NCBI RefSeq assembly: GCF_038025025.1
Contig: NW_027117338.1
Coordinates: forward strand, 1,550,001 to 1,614,000
DNA length: 64,000 nt
Reading direction: 5' to 3'
Source: Phyllosticta citribraziliensis
Lineage: Eukaryota
The position numbers and the translations under genes were made by a program. Under the pieces are notes generated by a model that was not told where the DNA came from, searched no databases, and saw only the letters and a program-made list of their open reading frames with translations. The stretch's first letter is position 1; each line of letters starts with the position of its first letter. Below are positions 47,904 through 59,346 of this stretch, piece by piece.

Positions 47904-48878
47904 ATGTGGAAGCTCCTCTATTTCTGGCTGGGTCTCTGCGCCCTTGCACATTCCTCGCCGGCCGTTCTCGAAAAAAGACAGAATCCATGGGAGATCCTGC
48001 CTCCGACGCCAGCGGAGGTCGAAGGGTTCGTCGACACGCGTTTCCTCGTCGACGGCGTGTACCAGTGGATCAATCAATACAACCCAAGCCCACAAGTCCC
48101 CCTCGTCTTCCTGCACGGAGGCCTGGGCGACCACAGGTACTGGGCCGACGTTGCCAGGCTGGCCATCAAGGCGGGCTACCACGTTGTGTTGGTGGACCTG
48201 CGCGGGCACGGACGCACCGACTACCTCAAGGACGACAAGTTCACGTATGAGCTGTACATCAAGAACGTCTTCGACTTGCTCAACGACCGCGGCCTCGGGC
48301 CCGACTACGTGATGATTGGGTGGTCGGACGGCGCGGCCTCTGTGCTGGCTGGCCTCATCGATCCCGTGATCAAGAGACGGATATACAAGGCCTTCATCTT
48401 TGCTGGCTTCCAGAAACCCAGCGACACCAATCCCACCTTCAGCTCGACTCCGATTTTCAAGGTGAGCCTACCCCCCCCATCACCACTCGCCAACCAATCA
48501 GCAACTCTTTCGAACCCATGCTGACCGAAAAACTCGCAGGACTTTGTGAGCCGCTGCCGCAACGACTACCCGACGTTCGGCAAGCGCGGCGGGCAGAACT
48601 TCGACGAGTTCGCGGCCAAGGTGGCCGAGCTGGAGAAGAACTACCCGCAGTTCACCGACGACCAGCTGCGCAGCATCGACGGCGGCAGGGTGACCATCTG
48701 CGGCGCCGACCGCGACGAGGCCGTCAACCTGGACGTCGCGCCGCGGCTGCACGGCCTGATCAAGTACAGCACGCTCACGATCCTGAAGGACGTCAGCCAC
48801 TTTGCGCCGGTGCAGAACCCGCAGCTGGTCTGGGATGCCATTTTGGCTTTCTTGAAGGTCCCGACGGCTGTCGAGTAG
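47904..48878 (+). CDS. Secreted alpha/beta hydrolase, 2 exons
   Basis: Signal peptide + LEKR Kex2 site; VFLHGGLG, VDLRGHGRT, GWSDG nucleophile elbow, GADRDE, VSHFAP (catalytic His). Confidence 0.88.
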
Positions 48879-50013
48879 GGTTCGGCATCGCTTTCGTCGT
48901 TCAAGAAGACGGATATAGCCAAATTGTTGGAGAAGCTTTCAATCGAGAACCCAATCCGGCTGTTTGTCTCTCTCTCTCTCTGCCTTGATGACTAGAAATA
49001 AGCAATCGGGCGGCGATGATGTTGGTGATGTAGCCTGTGCGTTGTCCTCCGCCCAGCCGGGGAATTCTTTCCATCCCATCCATTTTTGAACCAGTCAGAC
49101 CATCGTCCCATCACATCAAATACCTCTCTCCAAACCCTAAACAGACCTTCATCGACAAGCAAAGATGATTGTGATGAGCGTGAGCACGAGCCCTGTGATA
49201 TCCTCGCCCGCCGCAACTCACTTCCCATGTACCCCCCTCCCGCCGCACCCCCTATCATACTTTGACTTCAACACCACCCTTCCCTCCACCGCAGTGACCG
49301 CCGAGGGGAAAACAATACTGTCTAGATTTAGCTTCTGGAGGTCACAGCAGTGCTCTTCAAGTGCAACTACCGCAATTGCCACCATTTCCCCGAACGCAAC
49401 TGGACAGTAAGGTACATGCAGTCAATGCTCAATCAAAACTTCACAACTTCCCAAATGCGGCCACCAGCAAGCGCACCCGTCAACCTGTCAGACCAAACCC
49501 CGAAACCGACAGCAGACGACGGACTGGATTAGCCCACGCACCACCACCCACTTAGACGAGCAACTAGAGTAGCACGGCGGACGGCCTTTTCACCCCCCAC
49601 CCCGGACCCCCACACCACGCCGCGTCCGTCCGTCCGTCCGTCCCTCAAGTCCGTCCATCTACCTTCTAGACGCGCGCGCTCCGCCCCCCCGCATTTTTCT
49701 AGAACGCGCGCGGCGCAAGTCGTTTTGGAATGTGTAAGCAGGAGGAACGAACGACCGCCGACGGCGGCGATGGCCGCGGCTGTCGACTCAAACTCTCGAT
49801 CTTCGACCTGCCTGCCTGCTTGCGTTATCATCCCTTTCTTCGTTGCCATCATCACGCGCGCGGGCGCGCGCGCGCATCACGACGGGCGTTGCCGCTACGT
49901 GGCTGCAACGATCTAGATATCAATCGAGCCCCTTTGGCGCGATTTCTCCTCCGCGTCTCGGCTAATGGTTCGTAGGTGAAGTCTGCCGAGCTGCCGAGTT
50001 GCCGATTGTTTTT

Positions 50014-50038
50014 GGGGGGGGGGGGGGGGGGGGGGGGG
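50014..50038. repeat. poly(G) tract, 25 nt
   Basis: Read directly. Confidence 0.95.
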
Positions 50039-50720
50039 AGAAGGAGTGCACTGCTACATTGTAGAGGACGGGCGCATCGCGGAGACAGACGAGAAAGGAG
50101 AAGTGCAAAGCGAGAGAGAGGCAGACTGAATCATGAGGGAAAAAAGAAATTGTCTATTCAGTTCCAATCCACAACTTCTACCATCGAGGGCTGTCCAGCC
50201 CAGTTGAACCCAACTCAGCCCTTCGACGCCGTCTTACTTTTGTCAAAACACTGCTGTAGGAGCACTCGTCCATCTCATGATCCTGTCATCGCTCCCCAGA
50301 AAACAAAAATCCCCTAACGCATTGTTAGTGGGCGAGTCAAAGCAACAAGTCCCCAGGCTCTTTCCTTTCCTTTCCTTGCCTTTCATTTTCCTCACTTTCA
50401 AAGCCCATCTCCCTTTTGGGCGTGAAGAAGCAGCAAGAAAGATAACGCCAACGCCAACAACAGGGAAAACCAAGACAAGGAATGAGGAAAGTACAGTATG
50501 ATGGGGAAAGAATACAGCGAAGAAAATAGAGTCAACAAAACGCCTGAGCGCACTGTACCCACACACCATACGCCTCACACCACCGGATAAGCAATGAAAA
50601 AAGTCGTCAAGGATAACTCCAGCGACAACCAGACAGGAGAAAGGAAGAGAAGGGGGGGGGAAAAGGAGGGTAGTGGGAAGAGGATGAGAGTAGTGAAAGA
50701 AAAGGATATAAGCTTTTCCT

Positions 50721-52456
50721 CTATTCTCTCCTTCCACTACTGCTTCCTGCACTCCCACTCGCACCACCACCAGCAAACCCACTACCGTCATGGGAATGCC
50801 CGAAGTACAACATGTGGTTCGACTCAATGGGCTGAGCGCCGCCAAAGTTGAAATCAGTAGTGCGCGGCAGCGAGATGGCCTGCTCGGGCGACTGCCCCTG
50901 TATGGCGCCCTGAACAGGCAGGCGACCGCCACTCTGGAAGCCGCCGGTGCCAGAGCTGCCCATGGCTGCGGCCGCCAGCGCGGCTGCAGACGAGGCCGTC
51001 GACGAGATGCCGCTGCGCATGTTGGACGACGATACAGGTGTTGATGTTGAGTAGCCGTAGTTGTAGTCAGCGCCTGGCCAATGCGCGCTCTGGCTGGGCG
51101 GCTGCACGGCAAGGTTGCTGCTGGAACTGACCGAGTACCGCGATCGCTTGACAGGTGGCGCGTCGGGATGGTCCGCGTACGGGGTAGGCGGTCCGTAGCC
51201 GCCGTATTGCGACGAGTGGCTCGTCGAGGCGTTGGGTGTTGGAGGCGGGTATGTAGGCGTGTCGTATGCTGATTGCTGTGGCGAGCGCGTGCTGCTTGGA
51301 TTTGGGTATGAGTATTGCGGCGTGTGAGTGGTTGTCGCACTCTGTGGCGCACTCGAGGTTGAGTACGTGTGTGCCTGGTCGAATGCTGGTTGTGGCTGTG
51401 GCGGCGAGCGCTTGCGACTTGTAACAGACCCCATGTCAGTGGCTTTCCTAGATGGAAGCGTGAGTGCTTACCCCATGACGTGCCTGGGCTCTTTGCGGAG
51501 TCGGAGTCGGACTCCTTGATCGGAAAACGCTCGTGAAAGATATGTTGACTCGTCCAAACCACGGAACTCCTTTTGCGAAACAACTGTTGGGGGTCAGCAC
51601 GGGCGTTCCGGAGTATGCGATCCACAAACCTCTGAACTTGTCCGAAATAACAGACGTGATGTACTCGTATTGCGCGCCAGGTCTGCTCCCAGTTAACACA
51701 CCCCCGTCTTGGCCGGACTCGGGTGTGGCATACGTGGGAATTACGTACTTGAGAATATCGAACAAGCTGAAGCGCAGGCGATATTCGCCAGTCTTTTTGA
51801 TCGATATGTCTCCAAACACGAAGAAGGCGCCGTCTGGTAGCGGTTAGAAAGAAGACGGGGCTTTCAAAGAGGCGATGATACCTTTGTTGTCAATGTCCTT
51901 GAGTCGATGGAGCGAGGAACATATGGTACCGGCAAGAGCCTTGTCGTCTGCGGGCTGTTCTTGTTCGGGATCCCACAGATCGCATATCATGATCAAGTAT
52001 GGGCTCTGCATGTAGTGCCTAGGTCACAATGAGCCGCTGGTCAGAGCCTCGCGACGGAACACTTACGCGTGTGGATCATGCACATCTTGAACGTGCAGCT
52101 GCACGATGGGTGGAGGGTCGACAGGCTTGCGATCTACAAAAGTCAGCACTTGTCCCATGTCTTTTTCTGGGCGACGTACTCTTTTCCTTTCCATTAAGCG
52201 TGACCAAGGCCTCCTTTGGCTGCTGCCGTATGCTCAAATCGACGGCATCACTAGGGTGGGAATCATCAGTTGGAGGCCGAATCTCTTGAGCTGGCGAATT
52301 CTGCATTGCGCTCTCGTCGTACCTCTTGACGGGCTGGTGCTCCGAGGGCCCTCGAGGTGCTTGTTGAATCTGGACACCGCACACGCGAGGTGGAGGTATA
52401 GGCGCGTACGTGGGGTAGCCCGAGTACATTGAATCCAAGTATTGTGGGTGCAACAT
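50721..52456 (-). CDS. vosA: Velvet-domain regulator of VosA type, multi-exon; start codon uncertain
   Basis: [91 protein letters not shown]; uninterrupted N-terminal velvet domain with a Q/P/S-rich tail. Confidence 0.85.
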
Positions 52457-54385
52457 TTGTGCGGCTACGCAGGTGGCAGCGACCTGACTATCGGATAGAA
52501 TAGACTTGGGTCTGGCGGGTTGGTGGCTTCTGGACTGAAGTTGCAAAAGCTCGAGATCCGTGGTTGCCGACGCGTCCGTCGACGGGCGGGCGTTTTTGGT
52601 GCGGTTGTTGCAGGACGGGACCGGCTTTTGAAAAGAGGTACGGGAGAAGCGAGATATATAGGAAGAAGCGCAGCAAGACGTTGATCAAGTGTGGCTAAGG
52701 ATAGGTCGGACACCCGAAGAAGTTTAGCGCCAGCCAGAGGTATCGATTGGTGGCGGAGCGGAGCAGAATTGATGGCCGTTGCGTCGAGATGACTGGAGAC
52801 GATGGTCTTCCTTGTTGGGGGAGGCGCAAGATAAGGGGTTGGGGGGACGCAACGGGCGGACGGTGTTGATGGCGCTAATGCTGTCGAGGATGGCGAGAAG
52901 AGGCGATTGTGCGTGCGGTGTTGAGCTCAGCATGGAGAAGGCAACGTAACCGAAAAGCAGCAGAATAGCACAGGTAACGAACGATTGCGGCGCCAGGACA
53001 GGCGGGAGCAGGACAGAGAGCAAGAGAGATGGGAGTCGAGGCCCAATTCGGGATGGCAGGAGACTGATTTCAGCGGCGGGAGGAGCTACGATGGATCACT
53101 ATTGGGCGCCTCGGGAGGAGCCAGCTGCTGGTTGCGATGTACCGTGGAGCAGCCCAAGCGGTTCCTGCGTAAGCGGCCGAGGAAGGAGCAGGGCGGACCG
53201 GGCCCTTGGCTCTCTACCAATGCTAGGTGGCAGCAGGACGCGGGTCTAGCAGGACGGTGACGACGAAAGCGGGCATAGAACCAGTCGGCGCGGCAGACAC
53301 GTGCCAATCTGGAGAGGGGGGAATCCCAACGGCAGGGAGAATGGGCGGAGCGGAAGAGTGGTCGACAGCGTTTTGATTTTTATTTTGCGAGAGAGCAGAG
53401 CCGTGGGTGAGGGAGGTGGTGGAAATAAGCAGTTGAATGGTTCAATTCACGTCGCTAGTCGAGTGGTGTGGTTTGGACGGCGGGCTGAAGCGACGAAGCT
53501 CGTGACGTGACAGGTGGGCTATGGTCTGATCGGTACCGGAGTTGAGGAAGGATGGCGGCGCCCGTATTTGGAAAAGCGAGAGGGAGAAAGCGAGTGAGGC
53601 AGAGGGACTGGGCTGGTGGCAGTCTTGAACGGCGAGCGTGGGAGAGAATGCAATGAATGGTGCAAAGTAAGGGACGTCAGCATCCCTGGTACCTTGGCTC
53701 CCACGCAGGGCATGGGCACGGCGACGAGAGCCGGCCAGCAGGTCAATGGGAGATGGAAAAGGCCATGTCGAAGGAGCGAGCGAGACGGAGGGGAGTTGAG
53801 GACGATTGTCGAGTTAAGGTACTGGAGTGCAAGGTTCCAATGGACAATCCCTGGCTCAATCTGAGGACAACGGCTGGCGACAGCGGGGAAGAGCGGGAGA
53901 TGGGCGAGGGCGTTTGGAGGGCGAGGGTGAGGGCGAGGGCGAGCGAGGAGCAGAGCGAGTTTGTGGTTGAAAGAATGCAGGTTGGTGGATTGGAGGTTGG
54001 CGCAGATGTAGACGCAGACGCAGGTGCAGACGCAGGCGCTGGCAGCAGCAGCAGCAGCAGTAGTCAGGTCGGTGGGAGGGTTCAGGTTGTATGTAGAGAA
54101 GAAGGTTCAGCTAGCAACGCTCCAGCATCCCTGCAGTGCTGCCAGCATCAGGGTGGGCCCGGTTCCGTCTGTCGTCGAGTGCCACGGCAGACGAAACCTC
54201 GCCCTCTCCGTCGCTCCATCACCACGTCCATCACCTCCATCACCACTCCCTCTCGCTCTCGGCAGGCACCGCAAAAGCAATCATCAGACGCTCCAACCCA
54301 GGAACCGCACCGCGTCTTCGTATTTTCTGCACTGCCATCCCAATCTGGCGGCGTCTGTGCAACCCGACGTCACGTCAACCCGGCT

Positions 54386-54425
54386 TGCTCTGCTCTGCTC
54401 TGCTCTGCTCTGCTCTGCTCTGCTC
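54386..54425. repeat. (TGCTC)8 microsatellite; (GCA)n at ~54042 and (CT)n at ~54684 nearby
   Basis: Read directly. Confidence 0.9.
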
Positions 54426-54939
54426 CTACGTGGACCCTGTTCTTTGCTTCTTTCGGTTGTCCGTGTGTGCCCTTGGTTAGCATCGTCACCGGCTCCACTC
54501 CCAGGCACGCCTCATGTCTCCCACCACACCACTCCGCTCCGCACGTTGTCACGACCCAAGCTAGGTACATTAGTTACCTTACCATGGATGCATCGTCGGC
54601 ATGCAGGAACCTGTCTCCCTTCCACCCACCAGGCACCCACCAACCCCACGCCACGCTGCCTCCCTCTTCTCCCTCCGCTCCGCGCTCTCTCTCTCTCTCT
54701 CTCTTTCTCTCTCACGGGCCTGCCAAGCCATCAACTCGACTGGTGCCACCGTCACCATGCAATCATCCACCCATCTCCAGCCTGCCTCCAGATCCCTATC
54801 CTCGCGTCACACGCCCGAAAAGAGCCTGCCTCGCCCGCCCAATTTCCGCTGCGCCAAGCCGAGAGAAGAGAAGCCCGCATGCCCACCCTCTCCCTCGACA
54901 GCCCAGCCAACACTCGAGCCCGCACAAAGAAACCCACCT

Positions 54940-57185
54940 TTACGCCACCCCGCCTTTCCCGCCCACTGCTTGTTGGCCATGGCAACCGTTGGTCCGCTCT
55001 CCCTTTATTCCAGCTCTCTCCAACGTCACAATCAGCGGCCGCTCGCTCTTGGGTGGCGCCGTGTACGTGTCCTGTTGCTCCATGCCCGCGTCATCGACAA
55101 CGCGCGTCTCGTAATTGGAGTAAATGGCCGCCACAATGTACTTGATCTCTGTTGCGCAAACGCACCGATTAGCCCGACACTAGAAGAAAAAAGGAAACCC
55201 GACAAAAGAAAAACCACCCTCCATGCCGCATCGCATCACACGCATATGACGTGACGCAGCCAATCCGGGCCACGTCTCTGGCCATTTTGAAACGGCAGGA
55301 CCGCCAATGTGGGAGGACGCATCAGGCGAACGGCGTCAATCGAGACCACTCTCTCTCCCTAGCCGCCCGCCCACCGTGCCACAGATCTGACGCAGAACAA
55401 GAAACGATGCACCACGGAATGGCAAGCAGTCAACCGGGAAAAAAGGCAAAGACGGAAGAAAAAGAAACTTCACTTACGATAGACGGCCAAATGGCTGCCG
55501 ATGCACATGCGCCCGCCGCTCCCAAACGCCCAAAACCACCTCATCATGTGTCTGAAGCCGTCGCCGTCGCCGTCGCCGCCCTTGGTGCCGTCGGCCGTCA
55601 ACAGATTGCCGTCGGCGTCCAACCACCGCTCCGGCAGCCACTGCTCCGGCTGCGGAAACACGTCGGCGTTGCGGTGCAGACTCCACGCCTGGCTGGCGAC
55701 GCGCACGCCGGCAGGCAGATTCGCATACGGTCCCAGCGACGCGCCGCCAGGAGGCGTAACGCGCGGCTGCGGGCCGGGGATGGCGGCATGCAGGCGGAGC
55801 GTTTCCATCACGACGGCATGGAGAAGGGGCGCGGCGTCGAGGGCCTTGGGCGAGGGCAGCGAGGGCGCAGACGCAGGCGTCATCGGGGGAGATAGCTGGC
55901 GCAGTTCGGCGCGCAGGCGGGCCTGGAGCAAAGGGCGCTGCGACAGCTCGTGCGCGAGGTAGGTCAGCGTGATGCTGCTGGTATCAAAGCCGGCGGCGAG
56001 GTGGTCGAGGAGCTCCGAGGCGACTTCGTGCTTCATGGCGTCGTCTTGCGGTTCCGAAGCCTCGCCCTTTTCCAGCATCGCGTCCCTTTCCTTTTGCTTG
56101 CTGTTACCTGTCTTCTCCTGCTCCTTCACCAGCGCCCTGACTAGACCATCGTATACAACCGGCCACTCGCCTTCAGTCCTCCTCTTCTCCAGCTCCGCCG
56201 CCCCTTCAGTGGCTGTCACGCCCTCGACCCACTTCCTCGCCCTCTCGCACAAGTCCCACACCATGGCCTCGATGTTGGCATTCGCCTCGTCCACCCACCG
56301 CGGCACGAGTCTGACGCCGAGTCTCTCCAGCCACGTCGTCAGGCGCGGCATCTCCTGGTGATACACGGTAAAGCTACGGCGGCAATTGTACCAGTGCAAA
56401 AAGGCGTCGCGAGCACCTTGATCCTGCAGGAAGTTGGTCGCCAGCGGCAGCGAGAAAATGTACGCCGTGACAATGTCCATGGTGAGTGCCGACAGCAGCG
56501 AATACATGTCGACGTGAGCCTTGGACGCAGACCACGCCGACAGTTGAGGGAGCAGTCGTTGGTAGACGATTTGCGAGACGGCATGGCGCAGCGTCGCCGA
56601 GGCCTGCACGCTCGACTTGGAGTAGATGCCGCTGAGCAGGCGTTTGCGCGCGCTGTGCGGCCTGGAGTCGACTATGGCGAACATGGGGGGTACGTTGCTA
56701 CAAAGAACCACACATCACCACATCAGCACCCACAACCACAGCAATCAAATGTTTGCGATGTACACCCGAAAAAAAACAACGACAGTGACAGATGAAAACC
56801 TCATGTCCTTCGCGTCTATCTTGAAATTCATTCCGTAAGCCCAAAGCAGTCGTCGAACTCACCTGTAATTCGAAAAGAAGCTATACCACTCGCTCTTCCC
56901 GTACCGGCCGCCGGCGTACACCTCCTTCAAGCCGCCCTCGACGCAATTGACGCTGACCTCCATGGGCGCGAGCCGCACCACGGCGCCCAGCCGCGCGTGC
57001 GCCGCGTGGATGGTTGCGATCTCGCGGCCCCGCCAGCGGACGTACGTTATCCAGAGCGCCGTGTAGGGCGCCAGCGGGTGCGCGGCTGGGATGGCGTCGA
57101 GCGGCTTGCGGTCCGTCGCGGGGGAGAGGAGGCGGCGGAGGAGGATGAGGAGGGGGGGCAGGAGGAGGAGCGTTGGTGGGAGCAT
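54940..57185 (-). CDS. Cytochrome P450, 3 exons
   Basis: N-terminal TM + PxxHP, G.VVRLAP.EVS, AGFDTS (I-helix), ETLR (ExxR), PERW, WAFGSGGRMCIG heme motif; last exon EIKYIVAAIYSNY at ~54940-55150. Confidence 0.93.
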
Positions 57186-57541
57186 GGTGGTGGAGTTCGG
57201 TGGTGGTGGTGTTGTTGGCCGGGTTGGCCGGGTTGTCGCGTGTGGTGCAGGACCTGGGAGAGGTGTGGACGAGCTCAATTGCCACGCAAGCAATTGCGAA
57301 AGAAGTGTAAAGGCAAGGACGAGATGTAAGATCTACGAGAGGTGTGAAGTTAGAGGATAAGGGGGAAAAAGTGTCACTCGTCACTCCTGCCCCTCCTCCC
57401 AGGAAGTGTCCCACCATCCAAGCCCGCCAATGGCAAGGCCGCCAATCCTCAGATGAGCGTCATGTCAACGGCTACATAGTAGGGCGCCGTATCGTACGTC
57501 GCTTGCCCTATCGTCATCTCCATGAAGTACGCCGTCTCTAG

Positions 57542-57572
57542 TGATAAGCTCCTCCTGCGCGCGTGCTTATCA
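57542..57572. promoter_or_regulatory. Inverted pair of GATA sites (TGATAAGC-N15-GCTTATCA) upstream of the P450
   Basis: Perfect 8-bp inverted repeat containing HGATAR. Confidence 0.4.
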
Positions 57573-59346
57573 GGGGCTTTGCGGGGTGGTACAATCTATT
57601 ACCATCTGAGGGGAGCTAGCTACGGAGCTACCCCGCGGACTACCAATCCACCAACCCCGCTCACCGACTGATGGACATCATTGACAATGGCAACTGCACG
57701 TCGACCGTGCGCACCTCAAGCGGCTGGGTTGGTCGGCACTGCGCGTCTGCTTGTCAGAGCACACTTTAAGCTCCGATGGACGGGCGCGTTGGCTGGGCGT
57801 GTACTCTCGAATGAAGGTTGCGCGCGCAGTGGCCGTCGATGAGATCGACAGACGGGGGCGGGCGGGCGGGCAGCCATGTGCGGACAGGACAGCCAGGACA
57901 TGGGAGCCGGAAAGGGAACGAACGGAAGGATGAGCCGACGGCGGGATTGACAGGGTGATGGGCATGGACGGGAGCGGGAATGGGTGCAGAGGAGGCATGG
58001 ATGGCCATGCTACGCTAGCTCTTGTTCTTGTCAAGCTTGCGAGTGGTTAGAGCCGTTGTCCGTCCGTCCGCTTGCGAGTGGTGGACGCTGTGAGGGACGG
58101 GAATAAGGATGGTTTTCCAAGATTCATGGCCAAGTTTCTTGACGCTGGTGTGGACATGTAGATACACGCATGTAGGCACATCCACGCCACCCTGCTGCCA
58201 GAAACAGCAGGGCAAAGCCATGAAGCGTGTCTCTCGCACATAAAATTGCTGTTGGACCTTCAGTGTACTGGCCAAGACACGCAGCGTTCGTTCCTGCTCA
58301 GCTGACTGTAGGTTCACTTATTTTTGGTGTTTTCCAGCACGCTCAGCACGAGCTCGCTACCCGGCGATATTGAAGCAACTCTTGCTCCATCTTGATTCCA
58401 AACTTTCAAAGATATCGAACTCCGGACGGCGTGTGAGAGATTTCAAAGGGATTGATGGTCAAAGACTGAACTCAAAACGATTTGACGTGCGCATGCCAAG
58501 TTGGTCGCGTGCGCCCGGGCGGTGGTAGTAGAAATACTGCGTTGCTGTTTGGAGCATTGGAAGATGTAGTCTAGGCATATTTCGCATTCTTGTGACCACC
58601 ATATGGATGGAAGTATGGTTTCTTGGAAGTGTAAGAGCAAAGGAAAGCGCACTTTCTGAGCAGGTGCTTGTCGGAAGCTATCTTGAGAAAACAGGAGGCT
58701 CGACGGTTGTGCCTGGCAAGGTTCAAGGCTACATGTAAATAGCACAAGTCATGCCGCACATTGACAAGTGGGGATGCGGTTAATGAGGAATCTTCCGCTT
58801 CAATCGGCGCCTAATAGGTAGTACTCATATCCAACAGCAAGTACTCAACCCACCCGAGAGCAGAATACGCACTCAGAAATATTCAACCGTCTATGTGGGG
58901 TAGTGACAGGGAGCGTTTGAGCTCCAAGTGTGCCACGACTTTTCCATCAACCGTGCCGTTTGCTCGCACGGTCGTCTTATCGATAACCCACGCACTTGAT
59001 GACGTCCAGTCGTCGAGAGTCAACCAGTCATCCACTCTGCTCCACCCTTCGTCGCGTCTCGTCTTATTACAAAACTCCATTCTCTGTTGCCTTGCTCGCG
59101 CCTTGTACAGAACCTTTGTCCTCTGCGACCAGTCCCGACATTTCGCCTCGCACTCGCGTCTTTCACGATCTGCGCCTCCGTGTCTTCCAAACCTCGATCT
59201 CTCCGCTTCGTTCACGACTTGCGACAAAACGTCTTGATACCGACGGTGCTCTTCTGCTTCTGCAACCGGCTGCGCTGATCCTCGCTCGCGCGTAGCCAGC
59301 ACAAATACTCGCCCCTGCTGGAACTACATCCTCCACATAGCCAACC

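Noticed and set aside
50243..51625. 460-aa minus-strand ORF
   Set aside because: Alternative frame across vosA exons, introns and 3' UTR
53657..55145. 485-aa and 373-aa plus-strand ORFs
   Set aside because: They run through microsatellites, have no domain-like composition and overlap the last P450 exon; GC-rich stop-poor sequence
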